A DNA stretch of 64,000 bases from the NCBI RefSeq assembly GCF_037042905.1, contig NC_087263.1, positions 15,316,001-15,380,000 on the forward strand. Reading direction: 5' to 3'. Under the pieces are notes generated by a model. The model had not been told where the DNA came from. It searched no databases and saw only the letters and a program-made list of their open reading frames with translations. Positions 1 to 14,360 of this stretch are shown here, one piece after another (positions within the stretch are counted from its first letter, which is position 1; every line of letters begins with the position of its first letter). The DNA is from Lytechinus pictus. Lineage: Eukaryota. A program made the position numbers and the translations under genes.

Positions 1-400
<400 letters not shown>

Positions 401-470
401 GGGAAAGTTGGGAAATGACATCATCAGCTCATCTATTGCATATTCAATGAGGACATGCATGCATGCATAC

Positions 471-700
471 TGGTGTGTTGGCTCAGTTGGTAAACCGGGA
501 GGTCGGGGGTTCAAACCCTGGCCGCGTCAGACCAAAAGAATGGGAGTTCCTGCTACCCTGTTTGGCGTTCAACGATTAAAGGGATAGAGCCTCGTCGATC
601 TGGCGCTGCACTGCGGCTGCCGGGCCCACGATCAATGGGGCAAAGAAAATTTTTGGAGTATTTCATTTCATGTCTATTTCGAACAATAAAATATGGAAAA
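471..700 (+). mobile_element. tRNA-derived SINE
   Basis: Pol III A-box TGGCTCAGTTGG (~479-490) and B-box GGTTCAAACC (~508-517), GC-rich body, AATAAA near the 3' end. The head is too degenerate and shortened to be a tRNA. Confidence 0.65.
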
Positions 701-2564
701 AATATGGATGAGATCATTTCCATTAGATTGGCCTGATTCAAAACTTTGAAATCCCTTTTTAATCTCTTTTCAAGTTTGATCTTTTCTTCAAATATCTAAA
801 AAGGGATCAAAAGTTTCAATAAGATTGGTCTGATTCAAAACATGCATGGAACTGTAATAGCAAATAAAGCAAAACTTTTAACATGTCATAACTTTGCCAT
901 TCTCCAATTTTGATCTCTTTAGATGTTTCATCCTCGTGTACCCCTTTAAGATGACCCAAGAGAAAAGATGTGCCCTTCTTCCAGAAGTTCATTGGAAATC
1001 CCAGAGTAGTTCAAGAGGAATAAAATGGTCCTATTGTCCAAGACCACTCCTACCGATTATTAAGAGCTCTTGAAATGTTTATGTGGATCTTCATTCAGGT
1101 CATGGAGGTAAATCAATTCACTTCTTTGAAATCATTGGACAAAGTCCCCATTCATATTGCTAAAAAATGAAAATTCTACTGAAAAATGAGGGAAAGATAA
1201 CAGCTCACTATAAAATCTATTTTTGCGGAAGTTTCTGAAAATGTTGTTAAATCAGAAATTTAGATTTACCCTCAAAAAGGAAAAAGCATACAAAATAATT
1301 GATAAAAACTTACAGATTTATGTGACATTTAGTCAATAATAATATAGGCCTAAAAATGAAAAGCAAACAATTGTACAATATATAGAACGAAGCATGATTA
1401 CATTAGAATGAAAATTAAAATGAAAGAAACACTGGGGGTATATGCATTATGCGAACTGCAAAAAAGTGACAGATCGTACTTACAGCATAATCCATAAGAC
1501 CCATTTTTTACACAAAATATTTCATAGTTTTCATGCCAAAAAGGGAAGATATTCAGGTCTGACGTGTAATGTAAATGCCCATTTTCCCTTTTTCAGTGCC
1601 TATGCCCACATACAGGCCTACATAATTCCGCGAACAGATCTTGTACAAAAAAATGCCTTGTGTGAATGACCCTGGTGTCCATTTTGAGATTAATGTGACA
1701 AGTTCAACTGAACAGGGCCATTACCTCAAATACCTTTAAACAGAGTAAACTTTATTCTGGCTTCCTTATCTCTAATTTCCTCAGAAATAAATAAAGGCCG
1801 TCTGTGTTCATGATATGGAATGCCAACCACAAGTGTTGACTGTTGACGGCTGCCAAGTTTGTACAAAATTATTGTTTTCTTCTTTTTTTCAAAGAAAAGT
1901 TAATTGGCATGAAAAGTAGTTCATAGAAATGTCACTGCTGCTTCATAACATTTTACTGGATATTTTAGTTTCCATCCAGGCTTTTACAGAGACCATTCCT
2001 TTTCCGCTAGACAGCAATTTATTTGAAAATGAAGCAGAAAGGTAAAAAGAGGAGGTTGATATGACAAGTTTTCAAAATGTATGATCGAAAAGGGGGTTTT
2101 CAATCAATTTCATCTATACAGCTCTTGAAGTTGAATGGATGAAATTCAAGCCTTTTTTTCATACAGCATACATTCGTTATGCATTTACCTTTTTAAAGCT
2201 ATGAAAAATAATTTTGTACAATTAAATTTTTTTTGTACAAAAAGGAAAGATTTCAAACACCTCTAATAATTCTCCTACAATCTTGCAAATAAATGTTAGA
2301 GGGGGGATATGGAGGGGAGAGCAAACTTGAGTGCATATTGATGGGGCACAGCTGTTTTCATTGAAAGTTACAGAATGAGGCGCTGAGGGGCGTGTCATTC
2401 ACATCTGTTTATTGGACCATGTGATGCGAATAAATGTTGTAGTTCTGCTAGTCTTGTCTCTAGACCCACTTTTGATTTTTTTTTAATTCAATCAGGGTAT
2501 GTGCCTGCAGACTACTTCCCTCCCAACTCACCTTTCTGGAAGTGCACATGTGGCAATAGCTTCC

Positions 2565-2728
2565 TAGTCTGCTGGGCAAAACCTTCACTCGAGTAAAGGG
2601 TCTGAATTGTAGCCTACTCATGCCTTGTGTACGGAAGGCTCTCTCGCTTAGGTTTTGTATGTGCTAGTCTTTGCGTGGAGACACACTTGTTGATCAAAGT
2701 TTCAATCAGGGTCTGTGCCTGCAGACTA
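2565..2728 (+). mobile_element. Non-autonomous DNA transposon, TAGTCTGC...GCAGACTA termini, 9-bp TSD (AcademH-like)
   Basis: TIR TAGTCTGC/GCAGACTA; ATAGCTTCC duplicated at 2556-2564 and 2729-2737; a second copy lies at 43617-43795. Superfamily assignment is inferred from TAG..CTA ends plus the 9-bp TSD. Confidence 0.8.
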
Positions 2729-4159
2729 ATAGCTTCCAAGGTATTAACCCCAAAAGAGGAACAGATGACTTGATTTTGGACCAAAATTGCTGGTGTCAAA
2801 GGTCAAACCGAAAGATCCAAAGGCTAACCACCGTCTTCTTGATCTGGACAAGATCTTGTTTATTTAGACCCATTCCCCGGGATTTATCTCACTTTCAATT
2901 CCACTTTGAGGGCCATGTGTTTCATATTTTGGGAAGATTCCCAAAATATACAGAGTATTTAGTCGTTTGACTCTGGTGTACATGTACCTGTAGTTGCCTC
3001 AAGGACCCCATTCTCACTAGCCACACATCGCAAGTTAACAGGTGTTAGTATGTAATATATACCACATTTGAATAGAAAATGTTCCTGATTGGTCAAATTG
3101 CAGGTATGAATAATACTATTGACTGTCAAGCAGGATACATAGGGCCTTTATAGCACAAGATGCATGTTCACCAGCATAGTCAATTATTCAATGCTATCAT
3201 CAACCTCATCAGTTTCTTTAATCTTGGGGGTTGCAATTAACAATTGCAAGTCATTCTAAGTTTACAAAATCAATGAAAAATGTCACAATTAATTGCTATA
3301 CTCTTCTTCTTGCAACAGAAAAATAAAGTGACTTGCTATACAGTTTGAAGTGATCCATCAAGTTGCAATTTGTAATCCATATTTACAAAGAACTGATTTG
3401 CTATAATCATGATAATAGAATTCATTTATCAATTACTGATTTTTCATGCTTTAGCCATGATCTGGGAATAGCCCATAAAATATTTTTTCAAGGCAAAACA
3501 ACAATTTGGGCCATTAATCCAGATAAAACGTCGTCAAAGTACAAAGAGGATAGGTAAAATACTGTATGAACAACGTCTGGAAAGATACTGGGGTATGACC
3601 TCTTTATGATGGACGGGGTCAAGGGTCAAAGGTTTACTGGGTAATATAAACAATGCCTACAGAAACCATATGGGGGCGATCAGAGTATGTTGAACTACCA
3701 AGTTGAAGAAAGTTCAAAGAAAAGAGTGGGCAATAATCATCGCTTCTCTGGAAATTCAACAAAAAAGAAAGTGGAATGTCCTTAAGAAAAATATACTTAC
3801 GATTCTTGAAATATTAAGCATTAGCTTATGGAAACGGAAGTTTCATTCACTCTTTCCCTTAATTTCTTTCTTTTTTTTTGTTCTCCCTCTCTGCATCTCT
3901 CTCTCAAACACACCTTTCTCTCCGCTTGTGCCATCAAATCAGGTTATCGTGTTGGATCGTCAAGCGCATACCCTAACATTCGAGAAAATGACCCCCTAAA
4001 TTCACAAAACGTTGGGTCCAGTTTACCCAACCATTCGATAATGTTGCTATAATTTTCACAAAACATCAGGTAAACTGAACCCGACCTTTCAGGAATTTTA
4101 GGGGGTCCTTTTCTTGAATGGTTGGGTTACACAATTGCCCGACCCTACGGGTGCCATGA

Positions 4160-4600
4160 GCCTAATTACATCAGGAGGGCTAAAGATATTCATTCGACCC
4201 AACCCATTCGAATTTTTTAAATTTGATATTGCTGATTGACAAAAGTGTATGAATGTGATTCAAAATCTAACACTGATTCTAGAAATGGTAACTACTGAAC
4301 TTCCTTCGCCCAAATTGGGAAGATATATCAATGATTTGGAACTATTTGTTGACTGGCGGAAGAATTTGGGCTATTTTACTGTTTCAGTTGATGAATTTGA
4401 TCCCATCATAGTTATCTTCATAAATGGCGATTTATTTTTAAAATGAGCTGGCTACGATACCCTTTTCTGGTCAGATATGGATTGTCAGATATATATCCTA
4501 TCCAAAGGTAGTAAACATTCGACCCTCTAATTTCACATTTATTTTTTATGAATTTTTCAAGTGCCATTTTAACACACAAGTCTATGGGGAATGTTTTACG
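4160..4600 (+). mobile_element. Interspersed repeat (MITE-like), same family as 43048-43492
   Basis: Clear similarity over ~430 bp (e.g. AAATTTGATATTGCTGATTGACAAAA, TACCCTTTTCTGGTCAGATATGG in both copies). Confidence 0.75.
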
Positions 4601-5934
4601 CGCGTGAGACCTACGCAACAGCCTGATGTGATGGCACAAGCTTTTTCTCTTTATAAAATCTCAATGGGAAAAAAATCAAATTTGATGCAATAATACAGAT
4701 TATTGTGATAATGATTTGCATGACATTGAAGATGTTATTGTGGTGATCAGCAGCTGCAGCTGAAGTGGAAAGAAGAAGATAATGAAGACAAAGGATCTAG
4801 AGGAGATAAGATGGAAAAAATGAAGCCCTGGGAGGAAGAAAAAGATGAAGGAGAGGAGAAAGAGTTAGGAAATGAAATAGGAGGAAGTGGAGGAGGGAAA
4901 GAAGACTACGAGAAGGGGAAGGAGCTGGGGAGAAAGGAATGAAGGAGTATGGAATGACGGATAAGCAAGAAGGCTAATGAATAAATTAATTAATTAAACA
5001 AATAAATAAATAGATGCATAAATATATAAATAAATAAATAATAATTGAATAAATAAATATATAAATAAATTAAATGAATAAATAAATAACCAAACAAATA
5101 AACAAATAGATGCATAAATTAAATAAAATGAATACATAAATAAACAAATGAATGAATAAATAAATTAACGAATAGATACATAAATAAATAATCAATCAAT
5201 CTAGAAATAAACAAAGAAGAGGGTAAGGGGAGTCTGAAGGGAAAATAGAGGAGAAAAATGATGGGAAGGAAAGGAGTAATAAATAAAAAAAAGCATTAGA
5301 AAGTAGGGAATTTACTGTTTGTTTCTGATTGTGTAAGTGATACTATCTTATCCTCTTCCTTACAGTTATCCTCTGTCTTCCTTTTCTTTTGTCTATCATC
5401 TCTTCCCTTCCCCCCTGACTAAAATCCTCTTTATCCCCTCCTCCATCAGTTTGACCCCTGCAATTGGTACTTGAGATAGATTGTCTCGCAAGCAAGTTCA
5501 TCAGTGAGTCACCCATCAAAAAATAAATTTTGAAATATGCCGCTTGATTGTGGTTGGGGGATGGGACATGTAGCACGTAATTGAGACAAATTCATCATAA
5601 TTCTTGAATGGGATAACGCCGTTGTCGTGGATGAGGCACACGCAGAAATCATTATGGTGGGGCTGAAGTGAACGGCTTGAATGAAAAACGTGAATCACTT
5701 TTAGTGTGATCTGCATAATTCATTACTGGCAAGAACTTATTCATTTTGCACTTGGATACCCAACTGAAAAAAAGAAACATTTGAATTTAAAACAACACTG
5801 ACCTTTTTGAAATTGATTCTTAAGCTTGTTTTTTATGTACTGTGTATAAAGGCTCAAAGAGATCTTAGTAGGCAATTGATATTCAGACAGTATTATTTAT
5901 AATAAAATAATAATAGTAATGATGATAATGGTGG

Positions 5935-5968
<34 letters not shown>

Positions 5969-7763
5969 AAGAATTATTACAATAATCATAATTATATCAA
6001 TAAAAACAATAATCATAATAATATTATAAATAATAGTAATAATGCTGATGATTATGATAATGATGATAATAATAATAAACTGAATTCATATTATCATTCT
6101 CTATTTCAAATATCCCCTATACCGGAACTATCCATCCATCCTAAATATGCCATGAATTATTGAAAAGGCATTCAAAGCTCGAAATATCCTTTTTTACCTT
6201 CCTCACAAAGAATTTAAAATCTACCTTTGGGCTGAAGCACACAATTAACTTGCACAATCAAGAAAAATGACCAGAAACTACAATTAATACTTCTAAACTC
6301 TTATATTCATTACCACAAAAGTTCAATCTTTAATTAGGATACCTTAGCAGTGTGTGATTTTATGAATCAGATAGAGTTACATGATACTTCTAAACTCTCA
6401 CACTCAAAACCACATAAGTTCATTCTTTAATTCAGATGCCTCACTAGTGTATATACAATTCAATGCTGTTTACGGCTTGTGTTTTGATGATGCATTGTAA
6501 ACGTGTACGTCTTTCTTTGTAGAATAACATCCAAATCGCACATCTGGAAGACGGTCTGCATTCAAATTGCCAATATCGTCAGCTCGTAATTAGCCTGAAA
6601 TTTACCCTGAAAATCGATGGCGACATGATGGGAAAAGCAGACTTCGGCCCAGAATGCAATTTGTATTTCGCACTGGAGTTGCCTTGAAAGGGAAAATTCA
6701 CACAAGGGTCTGTTCACATTTTTGTGACTGAACATTCATGTTGAAGGTGCTAAGAAATACAAATTATGTGTACAAAGTGAAAGAGGATATTCACAAGGGT
6801 TTGTTCACATTTGAGTAACAGAACGTTCATGCTGAAAATGCTAAGAAAGACAATGTGTACAAAGTGACCGAGGATATTCCCATGGGCTTGTAACTTACAT
6901 TTGAGCAAAACAAGAATTTATAATTAAAACAATAAATCGCCTAAATGAATAATAATCATACAAGTTTGCTTATATAGTGCTTAACACTTACTTTAAATCG
7001 GAAGTCTCTAAGAGGACTACAGTAATGCAGTATAATTATAAAACAATTACACATAAAATATTGTATTTAATGGTTGTAAAACATTAAAAGAAATATACAA
7101 ATGAAATATTGTATTTAACGGTTGTAAAACATTAAAAGAAATATACATTTAATATCTCCAAAGCAAAGGACCAAGGAAAGAAAATAGAAAAAAGGAAATG
7201 AGAATATTCTCATTTGATCTTGCAAACAATTTTTATAAGTATAACTATCTCTTCAGAACAGCAAAATCATAACATACAAAATAAGCTTAATCAAATGAAC
7301 CAAAATTTAGAAATGTGCATAATTTCACCCAAAACGTATTCCACCTGAAGATCAGCCTGCATGCTTCCGTTTTAAGAGAAAACTTGTATGCAAGAGAGTG
7401 AAATTCAAAGATTGTTGACCAAAAAAATGAAAAATTATAATTTTATGAAATGTACACAAGGGGAATTTTCATCAATCTTTTCTCAAATATTATGAGACCC
7501 ATGGGAAAATATGATTGTGGAGTTCAAGTGTGCTTAACTTGGTAAAGTGTGCCTAACCAGTATCAAGGGAAAATCAGGGGGCCTCGTAAAAGGATATGAA
7601 AATCATTGAACACTCAAAATGTTCGGCCCTATAGTAAACTGGATAGTGACACTTTATCAGTATTTTAATTTGTTTTCCTTCTTATAATATTTTTTTATTC
7701 CATTTGCAAAGAACTGCTTCTCATTTTGTAGTGAAATAGGTCTACCCGTACATGTGCATTTAA

Positions 7764-8372
7764 AGGACAAGTCCACCCCAACAAAAAATTGATTTTATTA
7801 AAAAGAGAAAAATCCGACAAGTATTACACTGAAAATTTCATCAAAATCGGATGTAAAATAAGAAAGTTATGACATTTTAAAGTTTTGCTTAATTTCACAA
7901 AACAGTTATATGCACATCCTGGTTGGTGTGCAAATGAGGAGACTGATGACGTCATCCACTCACTATTTTTTTTGTATTTTATTCTATGAAATATTAGATA
8001 TTCTAATTTTCTCCCCATTGTCAAGTGAAACAGTGATTGATTCCTCCCTGAACATGTGACATTAGCATTGCTTAAAGTTAATACTATATGATTCAGTCAA
8101 GTCGGTCCCTATAGTCATATCTGTAAAAAAAGAAATATTATATGATTCAAACAATAAAACACAAAAGAAATAGTGAGTGGTGGACATCACCGACTGACTC
8201 ATTTGCATGTCACTGAGTTGTGCATATCACTGTTTTGTGAAAAATAAGCGAAACTTTAAAATGCCATAACTTTTTTATTTTACATCCGATTTTGATGAAA
8301 TTTTCAGTGTTATGCTAGTTTGATTTTTCTCTATTTATTCAAATCAACATTTTACTGGGGTGAACTTGACCT
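7764..8372. mobile_element. Kolobok-like MITE (TTAA TSD, AGG..CCT termini, long internal inverted arms)
   Basis: TTAA|AGGACAAGTCCACCCC ... GGGGTGAACTTGACCT|TTAA; the arms are inverted copies. Confidence 0.8.
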
Positions 8373-8784
8373 TTAAAATTCAACCTTTCATACATCAAAT
8401 ATTTCCCTTAGTGAAAGTAATACTTACACAGATTATGCTAACCATACTGTATACATGTACGCTTAAATTCTAAGTCAAATTCTTTTATATCGACCTGCTT
8501 TCCACAGTACCAAGAGATTCCACTTTCATAGCAAGAATATTTAGTTCTTACAGCTAATAGCTAAATATTCATTAACTCTTTGCACACTGAATTAATTTTT
8601 TTTTTTGGGGGGAGATAATAATGGCAATTGTTTCCATGTTATATTCTTTAGTTCAAGATATCCATATTGCACCATTGATAATTATTATTATTATATAGAT
8701 GTCATCCAAGGACTGTTGCCTTTTATTAGCTTATCTAATTTGAAGGTAGGGGAGAAAACTAATTATTACGATTATTTAATTTAA

Positions 8785-9179
8785 AGGTAAATGCTAGTTT
8801 TGGTAACGATATCAAAATGAGTTCGTACAGAATCCAATGAAATGACCACCAAAGTGTCTGTTTGTATAAATAAAACGCATGTGCCAAAGGATTCTGGAAG
8901 AAATTGTGTAATTGCTGAGAAATCAGCAAATAAGCACAGGATTCGGGTAGAGCGTCAGGCCCGACGCTCAAAGCAATAATTATACACTGTCCCACGTGCG
9001 CTTATCTGTGTTGGGGAAGTTCAGTCTGAACATTTTTCAGCGTAGATTTCAAGATTTCACAAAGTTCAGTTTATGTAACTGTACCAGATCTAGATCCTCG
9101 ATGATATACTGACAATTAAGCCTGGTTTTACAGACTTTCTCATGAAATCAGTGTTTACTGCAACTACTGGATTTTCTCT
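8785..9179. mobile_element. Kolobok-like non-autonomous element (TTAA flanks)
   Basis: TTAA|AGGTAAATGCTAGTT ... ACTACTGGATTTTCTCT|TTAA imperfect TIRs; related fragment near 28940-29030. Confidence 0.6.
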
Positions 9180-9654
9180 TTAATTGTACGAATGTGCAAA
9201 ATTGCGACATCGGCGCAGAAAGGGCTAATTAATGCAAGGCATATTTTAAAAAAGAACATACAAGCAGCACTTCGTACAATCACACCTTTTTTAGGCCTAC
9301 ACAACATGTCATGAACAAAATATGCTAATTCGACTCATTGTACCGAAGCCTAGCTTGCACTGGTTTGTTCTGGCTAAGCCAGCGAGCAAGTCGAAAGGGA
9401 TCAATTTTGTTTATTATGATTGCCCTGCGGATATATTGAGGGGTTACGCCAAGACCGATCTTTGTAAGATATTGACTTGCAAGAGGGGGGCCTGACGGGT
9501 GCAAAAATAGAAGTGGATGAATCCAAGGATTCATGTTACAGGGAGATAATTTCTTAGATGATTGTTGCATTGTTTTAGACCCTAATAAGTTATGATTATT
9601 GATAAAAAAATGTTGTCCTTCACGAAACCCTCTTTCTCAGTTAAAATCATACAT

Positions 9655-10015
9655 GGGGTATCATGGTCTAGTGGTTAAAACTCTTGTCTCTCAATCACAG
9701 GGACGTTGGTTCGATTCCCAGCCATGGCGTGTTTTCCTTCAGCAAGAAATTTACCCATATTGTGGTGCACTCAACCCAGGTGATGTGAATGGGTACCCAG
9801 CAGGATTAATTCCATGAAATGCACTGAGCACGGGAAGGCTGCTTGTAATTATAATACCAACATGCCTCTGAATAAATTATTTCTAGATAGATGACGCAAT
9901 ATAAATTCCTATTATTATTATTCTTATTATTGTCATTATTACTAGTATTATTACTATCATTATAATTATTATTATCATTATTATTAATATTATCATTATC
10001 ATTATTATTACTATT
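9655..10015 (+). mobile_element. tRNA-derived SINE with conserved core and (ATT)n tail
   Basis: A-box TGGTCTAGTGG, B-box GGTTCGATTCC, core GCACTCAACCCAGGTG..GAATGGGTACC shared with the copy at 23657-23925, (ATT)n tail. Confidence 0.85.
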
Positions 10016-10030
10016 TTAGTCAGAGCTTAA

Positions 10031-10619
10031 AGGTCAAGTCCAGCTCAATAGAAATTGATTTGCATTAAAAAAAACTTTAACAGTGAAAATTTGATCAAAA
10101 TCTGAGGCATAAAGAAAATCTATGAATTTTCAAGATTCTGTTAAATTTCACAAAGCACTCATATCTTGGTCGGCATGCAAATGAAGGAACCGATAATGTC
10201 ACCCACACTCACTATTTCTTTTGTATTTTATTGTGTAAAATATGAAATATTTCAATTTTCTCCCCATTATAATGGGAAACAAAATTTGGTTTCTTATTGA
10301 GCATGCTGCATTGCCACTGCTGTAACATACTGTGACTCGATAAACAGTCTCCTTATTGTCAAATCTGCAAGAAAATGAAACATTGTATAATTCAAATAAT
10401 AAAAATGCAAAAGAAATAGTGAGTGAGGGACATCATCGACTCTCTCATTTGCATATCACCGTGTTGTGCATATAGTGTTTTGTGAAAGATAAGCAAAATT
10501 TTAAATGTCATGACTTTTGTATTTTATATATGTTTTCATTTCAATGAAATTCAAAGTCGTATTTGTTTGATTTTTCTCTTCTTATTCGAATCAATTTTTT
10601 GTTGGGTTGGATTTACCCT
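10031..10619. mobile_element. Kolobok-like MITE, older copy of the 7764-8372 family
   Basis: TTAA|AGGTCAAGTCC...TTGGATTTACCCT|TTA; internal motifs shared (CACTCACTATTTCTTTTGTATTTTATT, AAAGAAATAGTGAGTG). Confidence 0.7.
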
Positions 10620-10655
10620 TTACGGAGTGCCATCTGCTTCAAAAGGAGAGCCATG

Positions 10656-11092
10656 GGCACCGTTCTCACTACCTTCCTAAAACTAGTTTACTGGAAACTA
10701 GTTTAGTGGAAACTATTAACGTGTAATGAGAACGGTCGAAGCAATCTTGGAAGCGACCTTCCAAAGCGCTTTAGAAAAGATCGCTTTGCCTCGTTAAACT
10801 GGTTTTAGCGTGGGACACAACCATTCTTCGGGAAGCAATCTGCACACATTTGAGCGCAGAACTTCACACGACAGGTGTAGAATGCCTACGCTGCAGTTGT
10901 GAATTTCGCGCGAAACGTGTCACCCCACTGAGAGCGCTTCCATAGCAACAAGATCGCTTTACGTGAAGTGATTTTGAAAACCACTCTCATGTGATCAAAT
11001 GGGAACGCTAGCAAAGCGATCTTCCAAACTGTTTTCCTGAACCGGTTTCCAGTATTTAAACTAGTTTTAGAAAGCGTAATGAGAACGGTGTC
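10656..11092. mobile_element. MITE with TIRs and 3-bp TSD (PIF/Harbinger-like)
   Basis: ATG|GGCACCGTTCTCAC..AAAACTAGTTT ... AAACTAGTTTT..TGAGAACGGTGTC|ATG. Confidence 0.65.
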
Positions 11093-11502
11093 ATGTACGT
11101 TACTCATTAATGTTATCCAAATCCCTTGGGGCACATTCTGGTATTTCCTACGATGCATGTTGAATAAAACTTTTCATTCTGAATAGCCATTTAACATTCA
11201 AGCTCTCATCCTCCTCCTCCTCGGGCTATGTGATCCCCGGCTAATTGATGCAGCCCATTAAGAAGCTGTTGCCATGGCAACGGAACATGAATGTTGCATG
11301 CATGCCACCCGAGAGGGGGTTGGAATGTCGTTAGGGTTCGAGTGGTCATTAAAATTCAACACTTGTACCAATCTTCTACGAGTGGGGAGAGGAAATCATG
11401 CCTGGAAATTAGTTTCTCGGTTTGTAACGCTTCCGGGATTGGCATACATTTTTTTGCCCCATCTCATATTTTCCACTTGTTTTTAAAATAAGGTATCTTT
11501 AA

Positions 11503-11908
11503 AGGGAAGTCCACCCACACAAAAAGGCTGATTTGACTAAGAAGAGAAAAATCAATCAGGCATAACACTTCATATTTTACCAAATCGGATGTAAACTAAA
11601 AGTTATGTCATTGCAAAATTGTGTATTAATATAAACAAAATGAAAGTAATGACATAATAAAAAATTTGTATCCACAAAACAGTGACAAAATTAGGAAATA
11701 AATAAGGTCACTCACTCAATATACTTTTTGCACTTTATTGTATGAATTATATAATATTTAATTATTATTTTTGTAGATTTGACTACACTTGGCGAGACTA
11801 TTCATCAAATTACAAAAGGTTACAACCATGGCAATTCCCCAGATTTGGGAGAAATCAATTTACAACTGAGGAAAAAATACAATATTGTTGTTGGGGTGGA
11901 CGTCCATT
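11503..11908. mobile_element. Degraded Kolobok-like MITE (7764 family)
   Basis: TTAA|AGGGAAGTCCACCC start and TTGGGGTGGACGTCC end; internally deleted. Confidence 0.55.
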
Positions 11909-14240
11909 TTTTTTTTTACTTCTGTAAAAGCCAACAACCCCCCTCCCATCTATGCCTCGATAGAGTGACCATTCCATTTTCAAACCAAAAAAAAGCCTTG
12001 ATATAATCAAGGAACAGATCCTTCATGACATGATACACTATCTATTAACAGCTATAAGGACTCAACTCTCTATAAAAGTGCATGATTTATAAACTAATGC
12101 CCTTTTTGCACCAAACATCCTACACAATCTCTGCTTAGTAATAGTCGATGATAAAAGGTGTAGTCCCCCCTGCGCCCATCTGTTCAAACAAGGGGCAGTG
12201 ATAGTACAATATACACTGTTTGATAAATTGCAATGCATGTATTGTGCAATGCATTAGAAGATGAGTAATGCATGGTGTAAACTGACCATATAAAGTTCAA
12301 GGTACCCATATCAATTAGATGTACCTCAGGATATTGCTTCCTCTTAAATCAAATAAATCATAAGTCAATGTCGCTTTTAAATCTACATTCTTTAATTGGA
12401 GTACTGTGATTAGAACATCAATCAAGAGATATATATCCTTTATTTTCATCTTTCGCTGGTTTAATTAATATATGGCTTCTATATTTTGACTTAAACAATA
12501 TACTGTAAGTGAATGTAATACATGATGAACTTATATTATCAAATTATATAAAATTGATAAATTATTACTGGATATATTGTACTAAATTTTGATGAGTTCA
12601 GATCAAAATATATTTTTTATTCATGTTATGCGAGTGTAAAGTACAATTGAAATGTACTGAAAATGTAACTTTCATTAATACTGCCGTGTTCTATTAATTG
12701 AAATGATGAATGCTAAAAATACTACATTTCCCTTTTTTAAAGAAAACTGAGTGTGGATTCCAAAACTGAAATGATAAAGTTAGTTTAGTATCCATCTTAC
12801 ATTTTTACACCAATGTACATATTTGTTATTTCAATCTTCTCAGAATGGTGTTTTCCCCAATGATTATCAAATCCATGTGTAGGCCTACAATTCAAAAATA
12901 AAAAAAGATGTAGTAAAGGGGAAATTACAAAGAAAAAATATCAATACTTGAATACAACTACATAATGTAAATGTTAGAAAATCACTCATCCATCTCTTAC
13001 AATCAGAGAAAATTTCGGATAAATCACTCCCTATTTTATTTTCATGTTGTATAAAAAAAAACATAATTCATACAAATATGTATCAATGCCAATTCAATGA
13101 AAGTGAGCAATATATATTTCTAATAACTTAATGCAAATTTTCATATTTTACCTCCACTTCTCTCTCATATCTGCACATACCCTCACAAAAATTGCAAATT
13201 TCATCAGAAAGGGTCAGAAACCAGTATTGATAAACACCCCTGGGCTCAAGGGGTATACAATTACCCCCATAATCCCCACATTTGTATTAAGAGGCATATC
13301 GTGGTAACAGAAATGAAGGGGGAAGGGTGAAATTTAATCCCCCCTCACGCATGCAAAAGCGCTTCTGAGGTGCAAAATTTGCATAGTAATTGAGCATTTT
13401 GGGGAACGCTGTTGGGTCATTAAACGTGCCCGGCGCCTTCATCCGTGCACGCATTAATTACACGGCAATCAATATTTTTACGACGCATCGCATCGTTTGA
13501 GTCGGAAGTTCTGGCGAGTACATCTTGGACAAAGCTTTGTGTAGGGATGGTGTAAGAGATATGGTAGTTATTGCGCTCCGAGCATAGAAATGCAGACACA
13601 TATCTGTGTACATAGGATTAACAGATTCAAAAGAAAGCTATTTCTTCTGCTAAGGCAAATGTTTGAATGGTTGAAGAGCATTTAACCAAATACCTCATAA
13701 ACATGTCATTCTGCAAGTGGTGTATAGTATTTTGAATTTAAAAAGGTAAGTACTGTAATATAGGCCTATATTTGTGTTTTCACATTCATATTCACATAAT
13801 TTCTTCAGGACTACTTTATATCCAATTTCTTTTTAAACCTTTCCCTTTCTCACCCCTCCCCCCCCCCCTCTCTCTCTCTCTTGTTAATTTTATCTATGAT
13901 CGACATATTTTTTTTTTCTTTGATCATGACATGATTGTTAAAATTATCTGAATATTGATAAAAATGTAATAAATCTTTTAAATTCATTTATCTTCCCTCA
14001 CATTCTCTTAATTTATCTTTATCTCACTACAGCCCCCCCCCCCCCTCTCTCTCTTTCTCCCTCCCCCTCACTCTCTCCAATTCACATTCTCTTTCACCTA
14101 TAAACTTTGCTTATCATTTCAAGACCATTTATTTTCTTACAATCTCCTGCTTTGTTTTCTACAGGGGCATAGGGGCATTATTATTTCTCACTATTTTTAA
14201 TCAATTCAACTTCTACTAACCGATCAAGAAATTGCTTTAC

Positions 14241-14360
14241 CTTTTTCTGCTCTCTCACCGGCCTCTGTTTATCGGGTAGCTTTGGCAACGGCGTCATCTT
14301 TCCTTTTCCTCCTCCTCCTCCTACCTTCTTCTGTCCAACCTTGGCTGATCTGGACATCAT
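14241..14360 (-). CDS. Putative first coding exon of an unidentified gene (MMSRSAKVGQKKVGGGGGKGKMTPLPKLPDKQRPVREQKK); exon 14420-14241, upstream UTR exon ending at 15141
   Basis: On the minus strand: polypyrimidine tract plus TAG acceptor at 14422-14421, open 40-codon frame from ATG 14360 to AAG|GTAAAG donor, and a strong upstream donor CT|GTAAGT at 15141/15140. No homology recognised, and no downstream exon found in the window. Confidence 0.4.

Noticed and set aside
471..530. tRNA genes at 471, 9655, 23925 and 43569
   Set aside because: A/B boxes are present but there is no complete cloverleaf, and each continues into a SINE body and tail.
5516..5765. Minus-strand acceptor at ~5765 as the next coding exon of the 14-kb gene
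   Set aside because: The phase-0 frame hits TAA after 8 codons, and no protein-like signal is evident.
6270..7150. Short local tandem duplications (~6285-6445, 6695-6885, 7057-7147)
   Set aside because: Ordinary slippage-type duplications with no sign of function.
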